A DNA stretch of 63,012 nucleotides, counting the filler, from Thraustochytrium aureum (Eukaryota): assembly GCA_012862495.1 (NCBI GenBank). It is 5 parts of 5 records of this genome, joined end to end, with 100 filler letters (N's around TTAATTAATTAA, not from the genome) between each part and the next. Parts side by side here need not be neighbours in the genome. Positions count along the whole stretch, not along the records: positions 1 to 31,252 come from BLSG01000406.1; 4 more parts are not named here. One strand, given 5' to 3'. Of this stretch, positions 10,883-22,397 are shown one piece after another. Every line of letters begins with the position of its first letter. Position 1 is the first letter of the stretch. A program made the position numbers and the translations under genes. The notes beneath the pieces are model-generated. The model searched no databases. It worked only from the letters and a program-made list of their open reading frames with translations, and was not told the origin of the DNA.

Positions 10883-12286
10883 TTACTTGGGGTGCGGCTT
10901 GATCATGTCTTCTGGCCGCACCCACTCGTCGAACTGCTCGCCGGTGAGGTATCCAGACTTGACGGCCTCCTCTCGGAGAGTCGTGCCGTTTTTGTGCGCG
11001 CTCTTGGCGATCGCAGAGGCCTTGTCGTAGCCGATATGCGGGTTGAGCGCCGTGACGAGCATCAAGCTGTTGTTCAGGAGGTGCTGGATCCGTTCCCGGT
11101 TGGGCCGGATGCCGACCACGCACCGCTCCGCGAACGAGACACAGGCATCGCCGATGATCTTGGCAGACTGGAGCACGTTTGCAGCCATCACAGGCTTGAA
11201 GACGTTGAGCTCGAAGTGGCCTTGCGCGCCGCCGAAAGTCACCGCTGCGCAGTTTCCGACGACCTGCGCTGCGACCATTGTCACCGCCTCGCACTGCGAG
11301 GGGTTGACCTTCCCAGGCATGATCGAACTGCCCGGCTCGTTCTCAGGAAGGTCGAGCTCGCCAAGGCCACTTCGCGGCCCGCTGGCAAGGAAGCGGATGT
11401 CGTTTGCCACCTTGTTGAGGGAGCAAGCGACCGTGTTGAGCACGCCGGCGACCTCAACGAGCGAGTCGTGCGCCGCGAGAGCCTCAAAAAAGTTTTGCGC
11501 GCTCTCGAAGGCAAGGCCAGACTCTCGAGCAATGATGGCCGCGATCTCTGCTCCGTATCCCTCGGTCGTATTCAGACCGGTGCCGACGGCCGTCCCGCCG
11601 AGCGCGAGGCGGAGAACCGCGGGCAGGCAGGCCCGCACACGCTGGACAGAATAACTGAGTTGCTGGGCGTAGCCGGAAAACTCTTGCCCGAGCGACAGAG
11701 GCGTGGCGTCCTGGGTATGCGTTCGGCCGATCTTAATGATGCCTGCGAACTCCTCCGCCTTCGATTTGAGGGCCGATTCCAGCGCCTCGAGGCCGGGGAG
11801 CGTGGTCGAGCTCAGCATGCGAGCAATTGCGATGTGCATGGCAGTTGGGAACGAGTCGTTCGAGCTCTGCCCCATGTTGACGTGGTCGTTGGGGTGCACC
11901 GGGTCTTTGGATCCAACAGTGCCGCCAAGGATTTGGATGGCGCGGTTTGAGATGACTTCGTTCGCGTTCATGTTGGAGTGCGTCCCGCTGCCCGTTTGGA
12001 AGACAGACAAGGGTAGGTGATCGTCCAGTTTGCCGTCCGTCAGCTCTTGCGCGGCGGCCACGATTGCATTCCCGATGTCCTCGTCAAGGGCGCCGACGCT
12101 GACATTGTACATAGCACAGCACTTTTTCACCAGCCCAAACGAATGGTAGATTTCGATCGGCATGCGCTCTGCCACGCCACCAATGGCAAAGTTCTCAACA
12201 GATCGCTGCGTCTGCGCGCCCCAAAGCTTTTCTGCAGGCACGTCGACGGCGCCAAGGCTGTCCGTCTCGCGCCGCGAGCTCGCCAT
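10883..12286 (-). CDS. fumC: Fumarate hydratase class II
   Basis: [54 protein letters not shown] and signature [11 protein letters not shown]. Confidence 0.97.
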   Translation of the reverse strand: MASSRRETDSLGAVDVPAEKLWGAQTQRSVENFAIGGVAERMPIEIYHSFGLVKKCCAMYNVSVGALDEDIGNAIVAAAQELTDGKLDDHLPLSVFQTGSGTHSNMNANEVISNRAIQILGGTVGSKDPVHPNDHVNMGQSSNDSFPTAMHIAIARMLSSTTLPGLEALESALKSKAEEFAGIIKIGRTHTQDATPLSLGQEFSGYAQQLSYSVQRVRACLPAVLRLALGGTAVGTGLNTTEGYGAEIAAIIARESGLAFESAQNFFEALAAHDSLVEVAGVLNTVACSLNKVANDIRFLASGPRSGLGELDLPENEPGSSIMPGKVNPSQCEAVTMVAAQVVGNCAAVTFGGAQGHFELNVFKPVMAANVLQSAKIIGDACVSFAERCVVGIRPNRERIQHLLNNSLMLVTALNPHIGYDKASAIAKSAHKNGTTLREEAVKSGYLTGEQFDEWVRPEDMIKPHPK

Positions 12287-13040
12287 CTCGCTTTGCAGGA
12301 CTTTCTGCTCGCGCTGCCTTTGCCGCGCGGAATCGCCAACTGACAAGCCGCGCTGCGCCGCAAAGCCCTTCCAGCTGTAAAGAGTGACGGGGCTTGCTTG
12401 CTTCTAGGAGGCCGCAAAGCACGCTGGAGACCGGTACTGCAGCAGCAGCGCCTTGCAAGCCTGGCGAGATCGCCGCATTGTTGTTCTGTGATCGCTGCGC
12501 GGCCTCGAGTCAAGTTTCGGGGAGAAAACCCTGGCCAGCCGCCTTTCCCCGGGCTTGCAGGTCTTTCCGATCGCACCTCGGGACTACCGCAGCGCAGGGA
12601 TCAGCAAGATACAGCCTCGATCGCGCTCGCTGCGGACTCCAGCATGCCATCATCATGCGGCACGCGAACGCCGCAGCCCCAACGCAGCTTCGCCGAGCTC
12701 CTTCACGTTGACGCAGGTAGGGACGGACTCCGAGTCGCCCGCTCGCTCGTCCCACCCGTGCCAGCTCGGGCACCGGGCACCGCAGTGTGCGCGACAACAG
12801 GGACAATGCACTGTCGCGCGAGGAGGAAGGAGCCTGATGGGCAGGCAGCAGACCCGCAAACCTGGCAGACGTTCAATCCAGCAAAAGTTGGTCGCTGCAG
12901 GCAACTCGAAGGACGGCGCTGGTCGCCACCGTGTCGCCGCAGCCGGTTTGAAGCGCTCGCGTTGACCTCGCAGCTCGACTGCCCCTTTCGCTCGCGGTGC
13001 GCAGTGCCCAGCGTTGTGCTCGGCCAACGCGGTGGCGGAC

Positions 13041-14129
13041 ATGGTGGACATGGTGGATATGGTGGAGACTCTGGCCGAGGCGCACGGCGACAACGCCATG
13101 CAGCCGGTTTGGATGGGCGCTGCCGTGGTGGGAGCCGCTTTGATGTGCTGGGTGGTCGCGCTTGGCACTGTCGAACGCAGCGGCGCTCGAGGTGCGGGAA
13201 AGGGAGCGAGCGGCGGACCGGTCATGTCGCGGAAGGCGCTGCGCGAGGTCGAGAAGAAGCAAAAGCTCAAGGATACGTTTGAGAAGAAGGGGTCCGTGGC
13301 GGCCAGCGGCAGCCGGCACGAGCCTGGAGCCGTACCGCCCGGAAACTTTCCGACGCCAAAGTGGCTCTGCACGGACCTCGGCGCGCCGGTCGGGTCGCGT
13401 TTCAAGCTCGACGAGGCCGAGTGGAGCCTGGAGATTCGCCTCGGCGGCGCACATGACGGAAAGTCCAAGTCGATCAAACTGCGCGATGTGGAGTCGCTCC
13501 CCAGCTTTGGCACCTACGAAGGCGTGCAGTGGAACTGCGTCACGGGGTGGACCATGAACGGCCTCTCGTTCCAAGGCGTGCCCCTCAAGGACGCGCTCGC
13601 CTTGGCCGGCCTCTCTGCAGCAGAGGACGCATCGTGGAGCTGCCTGTACCAAGTCTGTGCGGACGGGTACACTGTGCCGGTGCTGCGCGAGGACGCCGAG
13701 TCGTCGAGCGCCCTGTTCGTGACCCGGGACGGATCGGGCGAGCTAATCAGCCACACGCACGGGGGCCCACGGCTCGCCCTCCCGGCACTATGGGGCTGGA
13801 AGAGCGGTAAGTGGCTTACTCGAATCGAACTTCTTCCGGCGTACCAGCCCGGGTTCTGGGAGCGGCTCACGTGCCACGCTCGCGGCCGCGTCTTTGACGA
13901 GACGACAGGGCTCTACGTTGAAGAGCGTTGGGCGCAGGGCCTGGGCCTTTTCAGCGACGCCCTGACTGGCCTCGCGAACATTTGGCATCGCTTGCTTGGC
14001 CCGCGTGCCTACGGAACGGTCATGTACTATGGGGGCAAGATAGTTGGCAAGGGCGGCTCGGTGCTTGGGCTGATGCATGCCAAGCTGGACGACTTTGGCG
14101 AGGCGGGCGCGACGAAAAAGCCCCTTTGA
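13041..14129 (+). CDS. Sulfite-oxidase-family molybdopterin-binding oxidoreductase (bacterial YuiH/MsrP-like), membrane-anchored
   Basis: Mo-ligating Cys in NCVTGWT; DGYTVPV; HGGPRL...WGWKSGKWLTRIEL...PGFWER; N-terminal TM helix; several candidate ATGs so start uncertain. Confidence 0.82.
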   Translation: MVDMVDMVETLAEAHGDNAMQPVWMGAAVVGAALMCWVVALGTVERSGARGAGKGASGGPVMSRKALREVEKKQKLKDTFEKKGSVAASGSRHEPGAVPPGNFPTPKWLCTDLGAPVGSRFKLDEAEWSLEIRLGGAHDGKSKSIKLRDVESLPSFGTYEGVQWNCVTGWTMNGLSFQGVPLKDALALAGLSAAEDASWSCLYQVCADGYTVPVLREDAESSSALFVTRDGSGELISHTHGGPRLALPALWGWKSGKWLTRIELLPAYQPGFWERLTCHARGRVFDETTGLYVEERWAQGLGLFSDALTGLANIWHRLLGPRAYGTVMYYGGKIVGKGGSVLGLMHAKLDDFGEAGATKKPL

Positions 14130-14339
14130 AGCAGCCTGCGCCAGTACTACATATCGAGGAAAACTCGCCAGCGAGGGCGACTCGGCCGAGCGCCGACGTC
14201 GCGCGCATCGTTGCTCAATTTCAAAATAAGAAGAAGCGTTTCGTTTCGGAGGTGGGATCGAGCCTACTGTAGCTCTCGTGACCGAGTAGCGAGCAGCGTG
14301 CTTGGTCAGGCAGGTCAGTCAGCGCGACCGAGCAGGACC

Positions 14340-16361
14340 CTACGCATGCGAGTGCTCTGGGCGGTGATCTGGATAGGCGGGGTGTCCGACCGTAGCTGCG
14401 TCGACATCTGCCTTGTCCATCACGGGCAACAGAACGCGCGAGTCGTGCATGATGCGGTGGTCCGCGTGGCGGCACTCGACAGCGTCCGCGATTTCGTGCC
14501 CCGTTCCAAAGTTGCGCATGTAAAGCGGGTGCGCCCCGCCAGAGACCTGGAGGCGCCACGCGTGGCCCGTCTTGAAGCACTGCGCGATAGGGCCCACTTT
14601 GATTGTGCGGCGCATCGTGTACCAGGTTTGGCCGTCTTCGTCAACCGCCCTTTCTTCGACCCAGTCCTCCTCGCCAAGCCGCGTCAAGCTCTCGACCAAA
14701 TTGTAGCTGTTTCCAGAAGGCGAGACATCGCAGAGCTTGAGAAACACGTCCGTGTTGCAGTTCGAACTGCGAAAGTGAAGGTCGACGAAGACGTCCCCGC
14801 AAATGTACAGCGTGTCCGCGAGCGGGGCGGAGGAGAATACAAGCACGTCGTCGCGCGACTCCAGCGAGGACTGCTCGACAATGCCGCTGTTGTGCGGATC
14901 GAACGAGGGGCCGCCCGCGTACGGCGTCGGCCTGGCGGGATCGTACCTGTATCCGGAAACGTCTGCCGCAAGCGCGGGCTTGCCCTTGAGCGCCGCCGCG
15001 AGAGTGTAAGCGCAGAGGCTGCTGTTGCGCGGGGGCCACTCGTCAAGGCCGATCCAGCGCGTCGGGCGCGTGCCGAGGAAAGCGACGTGGATCGCGTGGC
15101 CGTCTTCCTCAAACCCCAGAGACCTCCTCCTCTTCCTCGCCATTGCCCGCTGCGCTGGTGGCTTGGCCCTCCTCGAGCCCAGCTGCTAGCCCGTGCTTGT
15201 CATCGCGCAGATGGTGGTCGAAAAACTCGAGGGCCAGCTTCATGCTCGGCGCCCCGTAGGCTTGAAACTCCCAGTGCTTCCACTTGCCCACGGTGAGCTT
15301 GCAAGGGCGGCCCGCCACGCCGCCGCGCTTGGCGTCCTCAAAGTCTTGAAAGCTTCCCTTGATGAAGAAGTCGTGCCAGCCGCCGATGATGTGCGTGGGC
15401 GGTCGGCGCGGGCTCGTCATGTCGCAGAGGATGTTTTTGTCTTGCCAGAACTCGTGCTTGTCCGAGGTGGCCCGGATCGCCTCTTGCAGGAAGTCGAGTC
15501 GCTGGCCAATGAGCAGCTCGTCCTGCGCGGAGAGCGGAGCCGACATGAACGACTCGTTCAGCTCGCCCTGGAAGCCAGGGATCCAAAACTTGTAGATGCT
15601 GACCGTGTTGAGAAGCTTGATGGCCAGCCAGAGCCAGCGCAGCACCAAGTCGAGCGCCAAACTCGACCCCGAATGGTACAGTAGGCTGTAGGTGCGCGCG
15701 GCGCTCATCACCGGCATCATCGCGGCCACCTCGTGGCCCGCCTCGGACCCAGCCGCCGCATAGGTGGTCAAGCCGAGATAGGAGACACCGTACAGCGCGA
15801 TCTTGCCGTTTGACCACTCTTGCTCCTTGACCCAACGAATCGTCTCGCCCCGTCCACGATCTCGTGCTTGACGGGGAAAAAGTCGCCACTGCTCCCGAAC
15901 CTGCCGCGCGTGTCTTGCAGCAGGCAGGCGTACCCGCGCTCGGCGAAGACAGTGGCCCACATCGGGCCTAGGTTGAAGCGACCGTACGGCGTGCGAACGA
16001 TGATCGTCGGAAACTTGTGGTGGCTCTCCAACTTGGCGCTGTGGTCGTGCGAGTCGTGGTCGGGCTCGATGGGCAGGTAGAGCGTCCCGTACAGCATAAC
16101 CCCGTCCTTGGTCTCTGTTTCTACCTCGGTCACCGTGATGTGCGCTTGCTTCGCGGGGGGGAGGCCGCGCGACTTTGCGAGCGCGTGGCTCGACAGTCGC
16201 TGAACGGGTTTCGCGAGCCAGCGTCGAATGTACCCTCGAAGCCCGACCGCATACCGCGCCAGCAGATGAACGAGCTTGACATATTGGTTCGTCACCGCCC
16301 ACAGCAGGAGCCACAACAGCCTCGCCACCTTGCGGCCAGCTGACTGCACCGTGGACGGCAT
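14340..16361 (-). CDS. CocE/NonD-family hydrolase (peptidase S15 + PepX_C), two apparent homopolymer frameshifts (~15850, ~15115)
   Basis: RTPYGR, QDTRGRFGSSG, nucleophile GVSYLG, GGWHD, catalytic-His region GKWKH, C-terminal YDPARPTP...RDDVLVF...FKTGHAWRLQVSGGAHP, spread across three frames. Confidence 0.88.
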
Positions 16362-16442
16362 TCTCAGCGCGCTGTGCTCGAAACCACCGGACAGCACCAG
16401 CGACAGTCAGCCACTTGCGTCAGTCCGTCACTCAGACGCCAC

Positions 16443-16508
16443 GCCTGCCTGCCTGCCAGTCTGCCTGCCTGCCTGCCTGCCTGCCAGTCTGCCTGCCTGC
16501 CAGTCTGC
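16443..16508. repeat. Interrupted (CCTG)n microsatellite
   Basis: gcctgcctgcctgccagtctgcctgcctg... upstream of the hydrolase start. Confidence 0.9.
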
Positions 16509-17355
16509 TCCGCTCGCGATCCGAGGCGCTCAGCAGCTCGATCGATCGTTGGTGGGCTCGTTGACGCCCAATTCAATCTGCTCGCGCAACACCGCGCGAC
16601 AATCAACTTGCGAGTCCGTGCCACATGTCAAAATCAATCAGCGCAGCATCTCTGATCATGGAGGAGAAGAGGGGAGAAAACGACGAGTTGGCGCCAAGGC
16701 GTCGGAACGGCAGGCGCCTGCCCGCCAGCCTCGCACGCACGACGCCCGCCTGCCACGGGAGCCACTGATGACAGAGCGCAGGGCTCCCAGTCGTTTCCTC
16801 CGCGTCGCTACCTGGGTGCCGCTGTCGGTCCTGGCATGCGTGGACGTTGCGATGTGCAGGGCCCCGGGGTGGAGGGGAAAGGCGCACAGCCGAGTCGGTG
16901 CGATCTTTGCCAGCAGCGCCGCTCGCTGCCCATCTCCTCCTGCGAGGCGGCCCGGGCGCCGCTGCGGGACGCGCAGGCCTTCGCAAACAACGAAACAATG
17001 CTTGTGCACCAGCGAACAGCGCGAGCAAAACAAACACCTGCCTGCACCTGCGCCTGCATGCTTGCCTGCCCATGATGATGATCATTCATGAGTCATGAGT
17101 CATGGCGCTTGCAGGTGAGCAACGAAGGCGACGCGAGCAACGAGTTGCGCTGCGGCAGGGTTGTGCAACGCGCTTGCTCGTCGTTGGGTTTTGGCGCACT
17201 TGTTGCTTGCGCCGGCCGCAGCTGTTGACGCGGGTTTCTGTGTTGCGCGCAACGCTCGCTCGGTCGCTCACGTCGGTTGGTCGGTCGGCCTGTGGCGGGT
17301 AGACGGACGCTGCGGCCAGGCGGGCGTACGTCCGTCGCGTTCGCCGTGCTGCGAG

Positions 17356-18641
17356 ATGGCGACGGAAGACGAGTCTGGCACCGCGGCGGTGCGGTTTTCG
17401 CCCGTGTGGGCGGCGGTTGGCATTGTTGCGGTGTGGTTGCACGGGGCGACCGTGGGCATTGTTATGGGCGACAGCATGCTGCAGCGGTTTTTCCTGCTGA
17501 CCATTGTGTTTGTGGGACCGGTGCTGGCGCTGTGGACCATGTCCAAGTCTGTCCAGCTTCGGCGGCTGGCGGCAAGCATGGTGTACTTCTTGTGCGCCCT
17601 GCAGGCCACAGCATGGAGCCTGAGCGTGGCCTGGTACCGCAACCCCAAGGCGATTCCGTCGCTCCCCGACCTGGGCCACGACATCCTCGGCCCCAAGTGG
17701 AACTTCACCATCCCTGTGCGCCTGGGGCCGGTCGAGCTGCTCGAGCTGGATGCTGACGCGCTGCCCGACATCTTCCTTGGTGGGGCGATCGCCGGAGCGC
17801 TTGTGTTCTCGCTTCGCCACGCGCTTCGCTGGCTCATTATCAGGCGCGTCTTCACTGTGTACTCGACGCTGATGTTGTTCCGTTGCTTTACGATCCTGTG
17901 CACCTCGCTCCCCGACTCGCACCCGCGCTGCCGCGAGGCGACACCGCGCGGCGACCTCGCGACAGGGGCAGCTAGCTTCAACTTTCTGCGGGGCAACTTT
18001 CGCGAGATGGTGATACGGAGCTTGCAGGTCATGGTGCCGATTGGCCAGATCACTTGCGGCGACATGGTCTTTTCTGGCCACACCCTGCTGCTGGTCCTCG
18101 CCGCCCTGGTGTGGCACACCTACTACCCGCGCACGGATGACGCCAATCAGGTCAACTATGTCAAGTTTTTCGTGTGGGCCTGGTCTTTTGCCGGCCTCGT
18201 GGCCATCATCGGCACGCGGCTCCACTACTCGCTCGACGTGCTGCTCGCGTGGTACCTCACCGTCACGGTCTGGAGCTCGTACCACCGGATCGCCAACGAC
18301 GTGATTCGCAACCGGCAGTTCTGCATGGTCTGGCTCTTCGACACGCTCATCATTACCCNNNNNNNNNNNNNNNNNNNNNNNNNNNNNNNNNNNNNNNNNN
18401 NNNNNNNNNNNNNNNNNNNNNNNNNNNNNNNNNNNNNNNNNNNNNNNNNNNNNNNNNNNNNNNNNNNNNNNNNNNNNNNNNNNNNATCAACTCGAGGACG
18501 CTCGAGGAGCAGGACGAAAACCCCCTCGCCAGCCCTCGAGCATCCGGGAGCCTTCCGCCAGCCCCACCGAACGCGCTTGCTGCCAAGCGCACTGGGCCTG
18601 CAACACGGCGTGCCGCGGCTGCGACGCCTGGCCAGGATTGA
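17356..18641 (+). CDS. Sphingomyelin synthase / inositol-phosphorylceramide synthase-like protein (3' end uncertain across gap)
   Basis: SMS-family motifs LPDLGH, RCFTILCTSLP, CGDMVFSGHT, HYSLDVLLAWY; multiple TM helices. Confidence 0.85.
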
Positions 18642-18840
18642 GGGGAAACGCGGCGTGCGCTGTTGAGCCGCACCGCGAGCGCTGAAGCTGCCGCGCGCCG
18701 CCGCCGCGGACTGAGCGGCTAAGTGATGCTTTATTCTGACGACCGCGGTTGGTCCAGTCTATTCGTCGAGCAGTTCCCCATGTTGGGGTCGAGAGCACAA
18801 AACAAGCTTCGTTCCTTTACAACGGAGGAGCGCTGGCCAT

Positions 18841-19698
18841 CTACCCGCCCACGCCTTCCGTAGCCGCGCATACATCCTCTATCAGTTCCCAATACTCCTT
18901 CCTGGAACTAAACGCGATCTTTGACACTGTCCTTGGGTCGACGACCTTGCGCAAAACCGCGAACGCCCCTCGGACAACAGCAGGAGCATTAATCACATAC
19001 ATCTTGGCCAAGCGCTCGGGGTAGTGTGCTTGCGCAAGTGTCGTGAGCGCCTTGACCATGCGGAGCGTCCTCATGCTGTTGCTGCTCACCATCGACCACG
19101 CACTCAAGTCAAACACCCAAATGTGCTGCGAGCTCCGCGTCTCGTCCATGATCTTAATAGAGGACTCGAGCGTGTACACAACGTACTTCTCCCACTCGTC
19201 CAGCGTCCACTGGCTGGGGCGCATCCGCGACGCATCGCACACCACAACGTTCATGCCAAGCGACGTCTGGCCCAAAACGCGAAGAGCTCCGGCATCGACT
19301 TGCTCTGAGATCTGATCCCTACTGATCGACCACGGCCTTTCGTCTTCTCGCCAAATCAGAGTCTCGTTTAAGCCGGCCCAAGCGACGCCGATGTCAAAGT
19401 CTGTTGCGAGGAGATACCGCAAGAGCATCTTGTCGTCCAGTCGAAAGTGGGTGTCCTCATCCTCCGCCGCGAGGCCCCAGCCGTCAACTTGCTTGCGGAA
19501 CCGCGCGAAGGCTTTGCGCTCAACCGAATCGAGCTCCTCCAGCGAAAGCTCGGCGCGCGTACGGGTCACGTCGCTGAAGGCTCTTGTGCGGTTTGGCTCC
19601 TCTTTCAAGCCCCCGTCCACGGAGCGGTTTGATCCTGTCGAGGACGCCGGCTCAGCGCTCCCACTTCGCGATCGGCTTCGCGCTCGCAGTAACCCCAT
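18841..19698 (-). CDS. CRAL-TRIO/Sec14-like lipid-binding protein
   Basis: DDKMLLRYLLA...WR, VFDLSAWS, QAHYPERLAKMYVINAP, DPRTVSKI. Confidence 0.92.
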   Translation of the reverse strand: MGLLRARSRSRSGSAEPASSTGSNRSVDGGLKEEPNRTRAFSDVTRTRAELSLEELDSVERKAFARFRKQVDGWGLAAEDEDTHFRLDDKMLLRYLLATDFDIGVAWAGLNETLIWREDERPWSISRDQISEQVDAGALRVLGQTSLGMNVVVCDASRMRPSQWTLDEWEKYVVYTLESSIKIMDETRSSQHIWVFDLSAWSMVSSNSMRTLRMVKALTTLAQAHYPERLAKMYVINAPAVVRGAFAVLRKVVDPRTVSKIAFSSRKEYWELIEDVCAATEGVGG

Positions 19699-20524
19699 CG
19701 TTGCTGCTGGCGCCGCCAATTGAGAATTGCGTCGTGCCGTACCTGTTTGGGTTGAGAACGTGGGGGGTGCGTTTCGGAACTGGTCAATCCATCGTTTAAG
19801 AGCTGCCGTTTTGGATGCTCATGAGAATGGCCAGAGCCGCCCTTCCCCTGTTTGTAGAAACTGCGCTTTCAGGGCTTTTGCGGTCCCTGGACAGCATCGT
19901 TCACATTCGCCAGAGCAGTCTTGTTCGTATTGCACTCCTTCTGCAAACAAAAACTCGACATCTTCCAACAGCTGTGCACAAGAAGCCCAAACCAAGCACA
20001 CATGCAACCAGGTCCAGCAGCCGCGCAGGCAACGAAACCCTTCGGCCACAGCCACGAATCAACAACCCTCCCACCCCGCCTGCCTGGACCCGTTACAACT
20101 TGAATCCACGTTTGCAATCTCTTGCAGTCCACATGGACTCCATCCACCTTGGATCCTCACGTCACTCGAGAGAATACAGAGGGCCGCAAGAACGAGAGAC
20201 GTGAGAAACTATATTTAGAGGGCTCAAGTAGGGCTGGGTTAGGGCATAAAACAGAGGGCCAAGCACCTTTAGCGGGCTCGGTTAGGGTCGAATTAAACAG
20301 AGGGCGTCTAGTAGCTCTCGTCGAGGCGACACGTGAGTGCTTTGAAAATAGAGGGTAAGGTTAGGTTACATGTTTAGGTTAGGGTCAGGTTTGATTTTGA
20401 TTTGGACGAGTGGGGGAAGAGCAGAGCAGCATTCGAGTTGGCGCCGCCCGAGTGCGAGGAGCAGCAGGAGCCGTGCTTGGTGAGTGCGCAGGCGGCCGGA
20501 GAGCGGCTACGAGGGTTTTCATTA

Positions 20525-22201
20525 ATGGTGGTCGAGGCTGCTGCGCCTGCGGATTTGCAGGCGGAGTCCGGGATGGAGGTCGACGAAGGCGGCGAGCCCG
20601 CTGGCCTCAAGCGCGGGCCCGAAGACCAGGTCGAGGAGCGGCCAGGCTTTGAGGGCGCTGGGCTTGAACATGGCGGCGGCCTGGCCAAGAAGACGCGCGT
20701 TGAGGCTGCCGAGAGCGTGTTCAGCACCGACTTGCTGCGCGTGTACTACAGCAGGCTGTTTCCGTACGAGCAGATGTTCCAGTGGCTGAGCTACGGGAAT
20801 GACCCCGACAAGGCGAGCGAAAACGAGGCGATCGACAAGGACTTTTTCCTGCGCCGCGAGTTTTCGTTCACGATGGAAAACGATGTCTACTTCCGGTACC
20901 TCAGCTTTCGCGACTGCGAAGAGATGCGCAAGGAGATCCAGAAAAAGCAGCCGCACAAAATCGACATTGGCGCCGTCTACTCGGTGCCGCCGAAAAACCA
21001 CAGCACCGTCAAGTCTTCCGCCTTCAAGCCGCTCGAGCGCGAGCTCGTGTTCGACATCGACCTTACAGACTACGACGACGTTCGCGCGGGCTGCACGCCC
21101 GACATGATGTGGGAACGCGGGAGCTGGCTGTACATGTCCCTTGCAGTGCGGATCGTTGACCGTGCACTCCGCGACGACTTTGGGTTCCAGCACCTTCTGT
21201 GGGTCTTCAGTGGGAGGCGCGGTGTCCACTGCTGGGTCTGTGACAAACGCGCACGCGCGCTCGAGGACCGCGAGCGCACTGCGGTCGTCAACTACCTGAC
21301 TCTCATCACCGGGAGCGACGGGACCAAGGTCCCGCTCAGCAACCCGCTCCATCCGGTAAGTGGCCCTTTCGCCCTCGCAGCCTCGGGCAACACATGCAGC
21401 TCTAACGCTCACGCTTGTTTCGCTGCGTCAAACTCGGGCAGTCCATCGCCCGTGCAATGCCCGAGATGGNNNNNNNNNNNNNNNNNNNNNNNNNNNNNNN
21501 NNNNNNNNNNNNNNNNNNNNNNNNNNNNNNNNNNNNNNNNNNNNNNNNNNNNNNNNNNNNNNNNNNNNNNNNNNNNNNNNNNNNNNNNNNNNNNNNNNNN
21601 NNNNNNNNNNNNNNNNNNNNNNNNNNNNNNNNNNNNNNGGGCCCAAGACCTCCTCGCGGACAAACCGCGCTGGGAAAAGGTCCTCGCTTTCATTCCAGAC
21701 GCCTCCGTCCAGGCAAGGCTCAGGGAGACCTGGGAAGCCGATCAGGGCGCGAGCTCCCTCAAGCGTTGGAAGCAGCTGCGCGCGACCGTGCTGGACGAAG
21801 CCAAGCGCCAGAAAACGCAGAGCTTTGCGCTCAAGAAGGCCCTGCAGACCATCGTGATTGTCCACACCTATCCGCGCCTCGACGTTAACGTGTCGACGCA
21901 CCGCAACCACTTGCTAAAGAGCCCGTTTGTGGTGCACCCCAAGACTGGCAAGATCTGCGTCCCGATCCTCGACGTGGAGAACTGCGACTCGTTCGACCCT
22001 GATGGTGTCCCAACCCTCGCCACGTTGCTCAACGACATCGACTCGGCGCCACAGAGCGCCGACGGCTCGCCAGCGCCAACAGCGCTCCTCCCCTTCGTCC
22101 AGGGGTTTGAGAAAAGGTTCCTCAAGCCTCTGTACCGCTCGATTCGCGAGGAGTTTAGCGAGGCCGCACAAATGGCAAAGGCCACAAGGGGCGAGTGGTG
22201 A
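20525..22201 (+). CDS. PRIM1: DNA primase small (catalytic) subunit; one intron 21356-21441 and an internal gap
   Basis: YYSRLFP, RREFSFT, PHKIDIGAVY, ELVFDIDLTDYDDVR, VFSGRRGVHCWV, YPRLDVNVS, HLLKSPFVVHPKTG. Confidence 0.96.
   Translation: MVVEAAAPADLQAESGMEVDEGGEPAGLKRGPEDQVEERPGFEGAGLEHGGGLAKKTRVEAAESVFSTDLLRVYYSRLFPYEQMFQWLSYGNDPDKASENEAIDKDFFLRREFSFTMENDVYFRYLSFRDCEEMRKEIQKKQPHKIDIGAVYSVPPKNHSTVKSSAFKPLERELVFDIDLTDYDDVRAGCTPDMMWERGSWLYMSLAVRIVDRALRDDFGFQHLLWVFSGRRGVHCWVCDKRARALEDRERTAVVNYLTLITGSDGTKVPLSNPLHPVSGPFALAASGNTCSSNAHACFAASNSGSPSPVQCPRWXXXXXXXXXXXXXXXXXXXXXXXXXXXXXXXXXXXXXXXXXXXXXXXXXXXXXXXXXAQDLLADKPRWEKVLAFIPDASVQARLRETWEADQGASSLKRWKQLRATVLDEAKRQKTQSFALKKALQTIVIVHTYPRLDVNVSTHRNHLLKSPFVVHPKTGKICVPILDVENCDSFDPDGVPTLATLLNDIDSAPQSADGSPAPTALLPFVQGFEKRFLKPLYRSIREEFSEAAQMAKATRGEW
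21356..21441 (+). other. Spliceosomal intron (86 bp) in PRIM1
   Basis: GTAAGT donor, CTAAC branch-like site near 21402, CAG acceptor; removal gives NPLHP|SIARAMPEM, matching the conserved HPxxxRA primase segment. Confidence 0.8.
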
Positions 22202-22397
22202 ACGTGCCGCGCTTTAGCAGGCGCTGCCTCTGCACCTGCAGCGCTGCTGTGCCCTGCGCGCTGTGTTTTGGCAGGGCCTCGCTGCAGATACGTAACTTTA
22301 GTAGAAAGGAAGGAGGATGAACGGCGCTTGCTTGCTTTTGGGCTACGGTACTCGCTCTTTGGAAGCAAGCGCTGCAAGGCCTGTACGTTGCTTGCGC

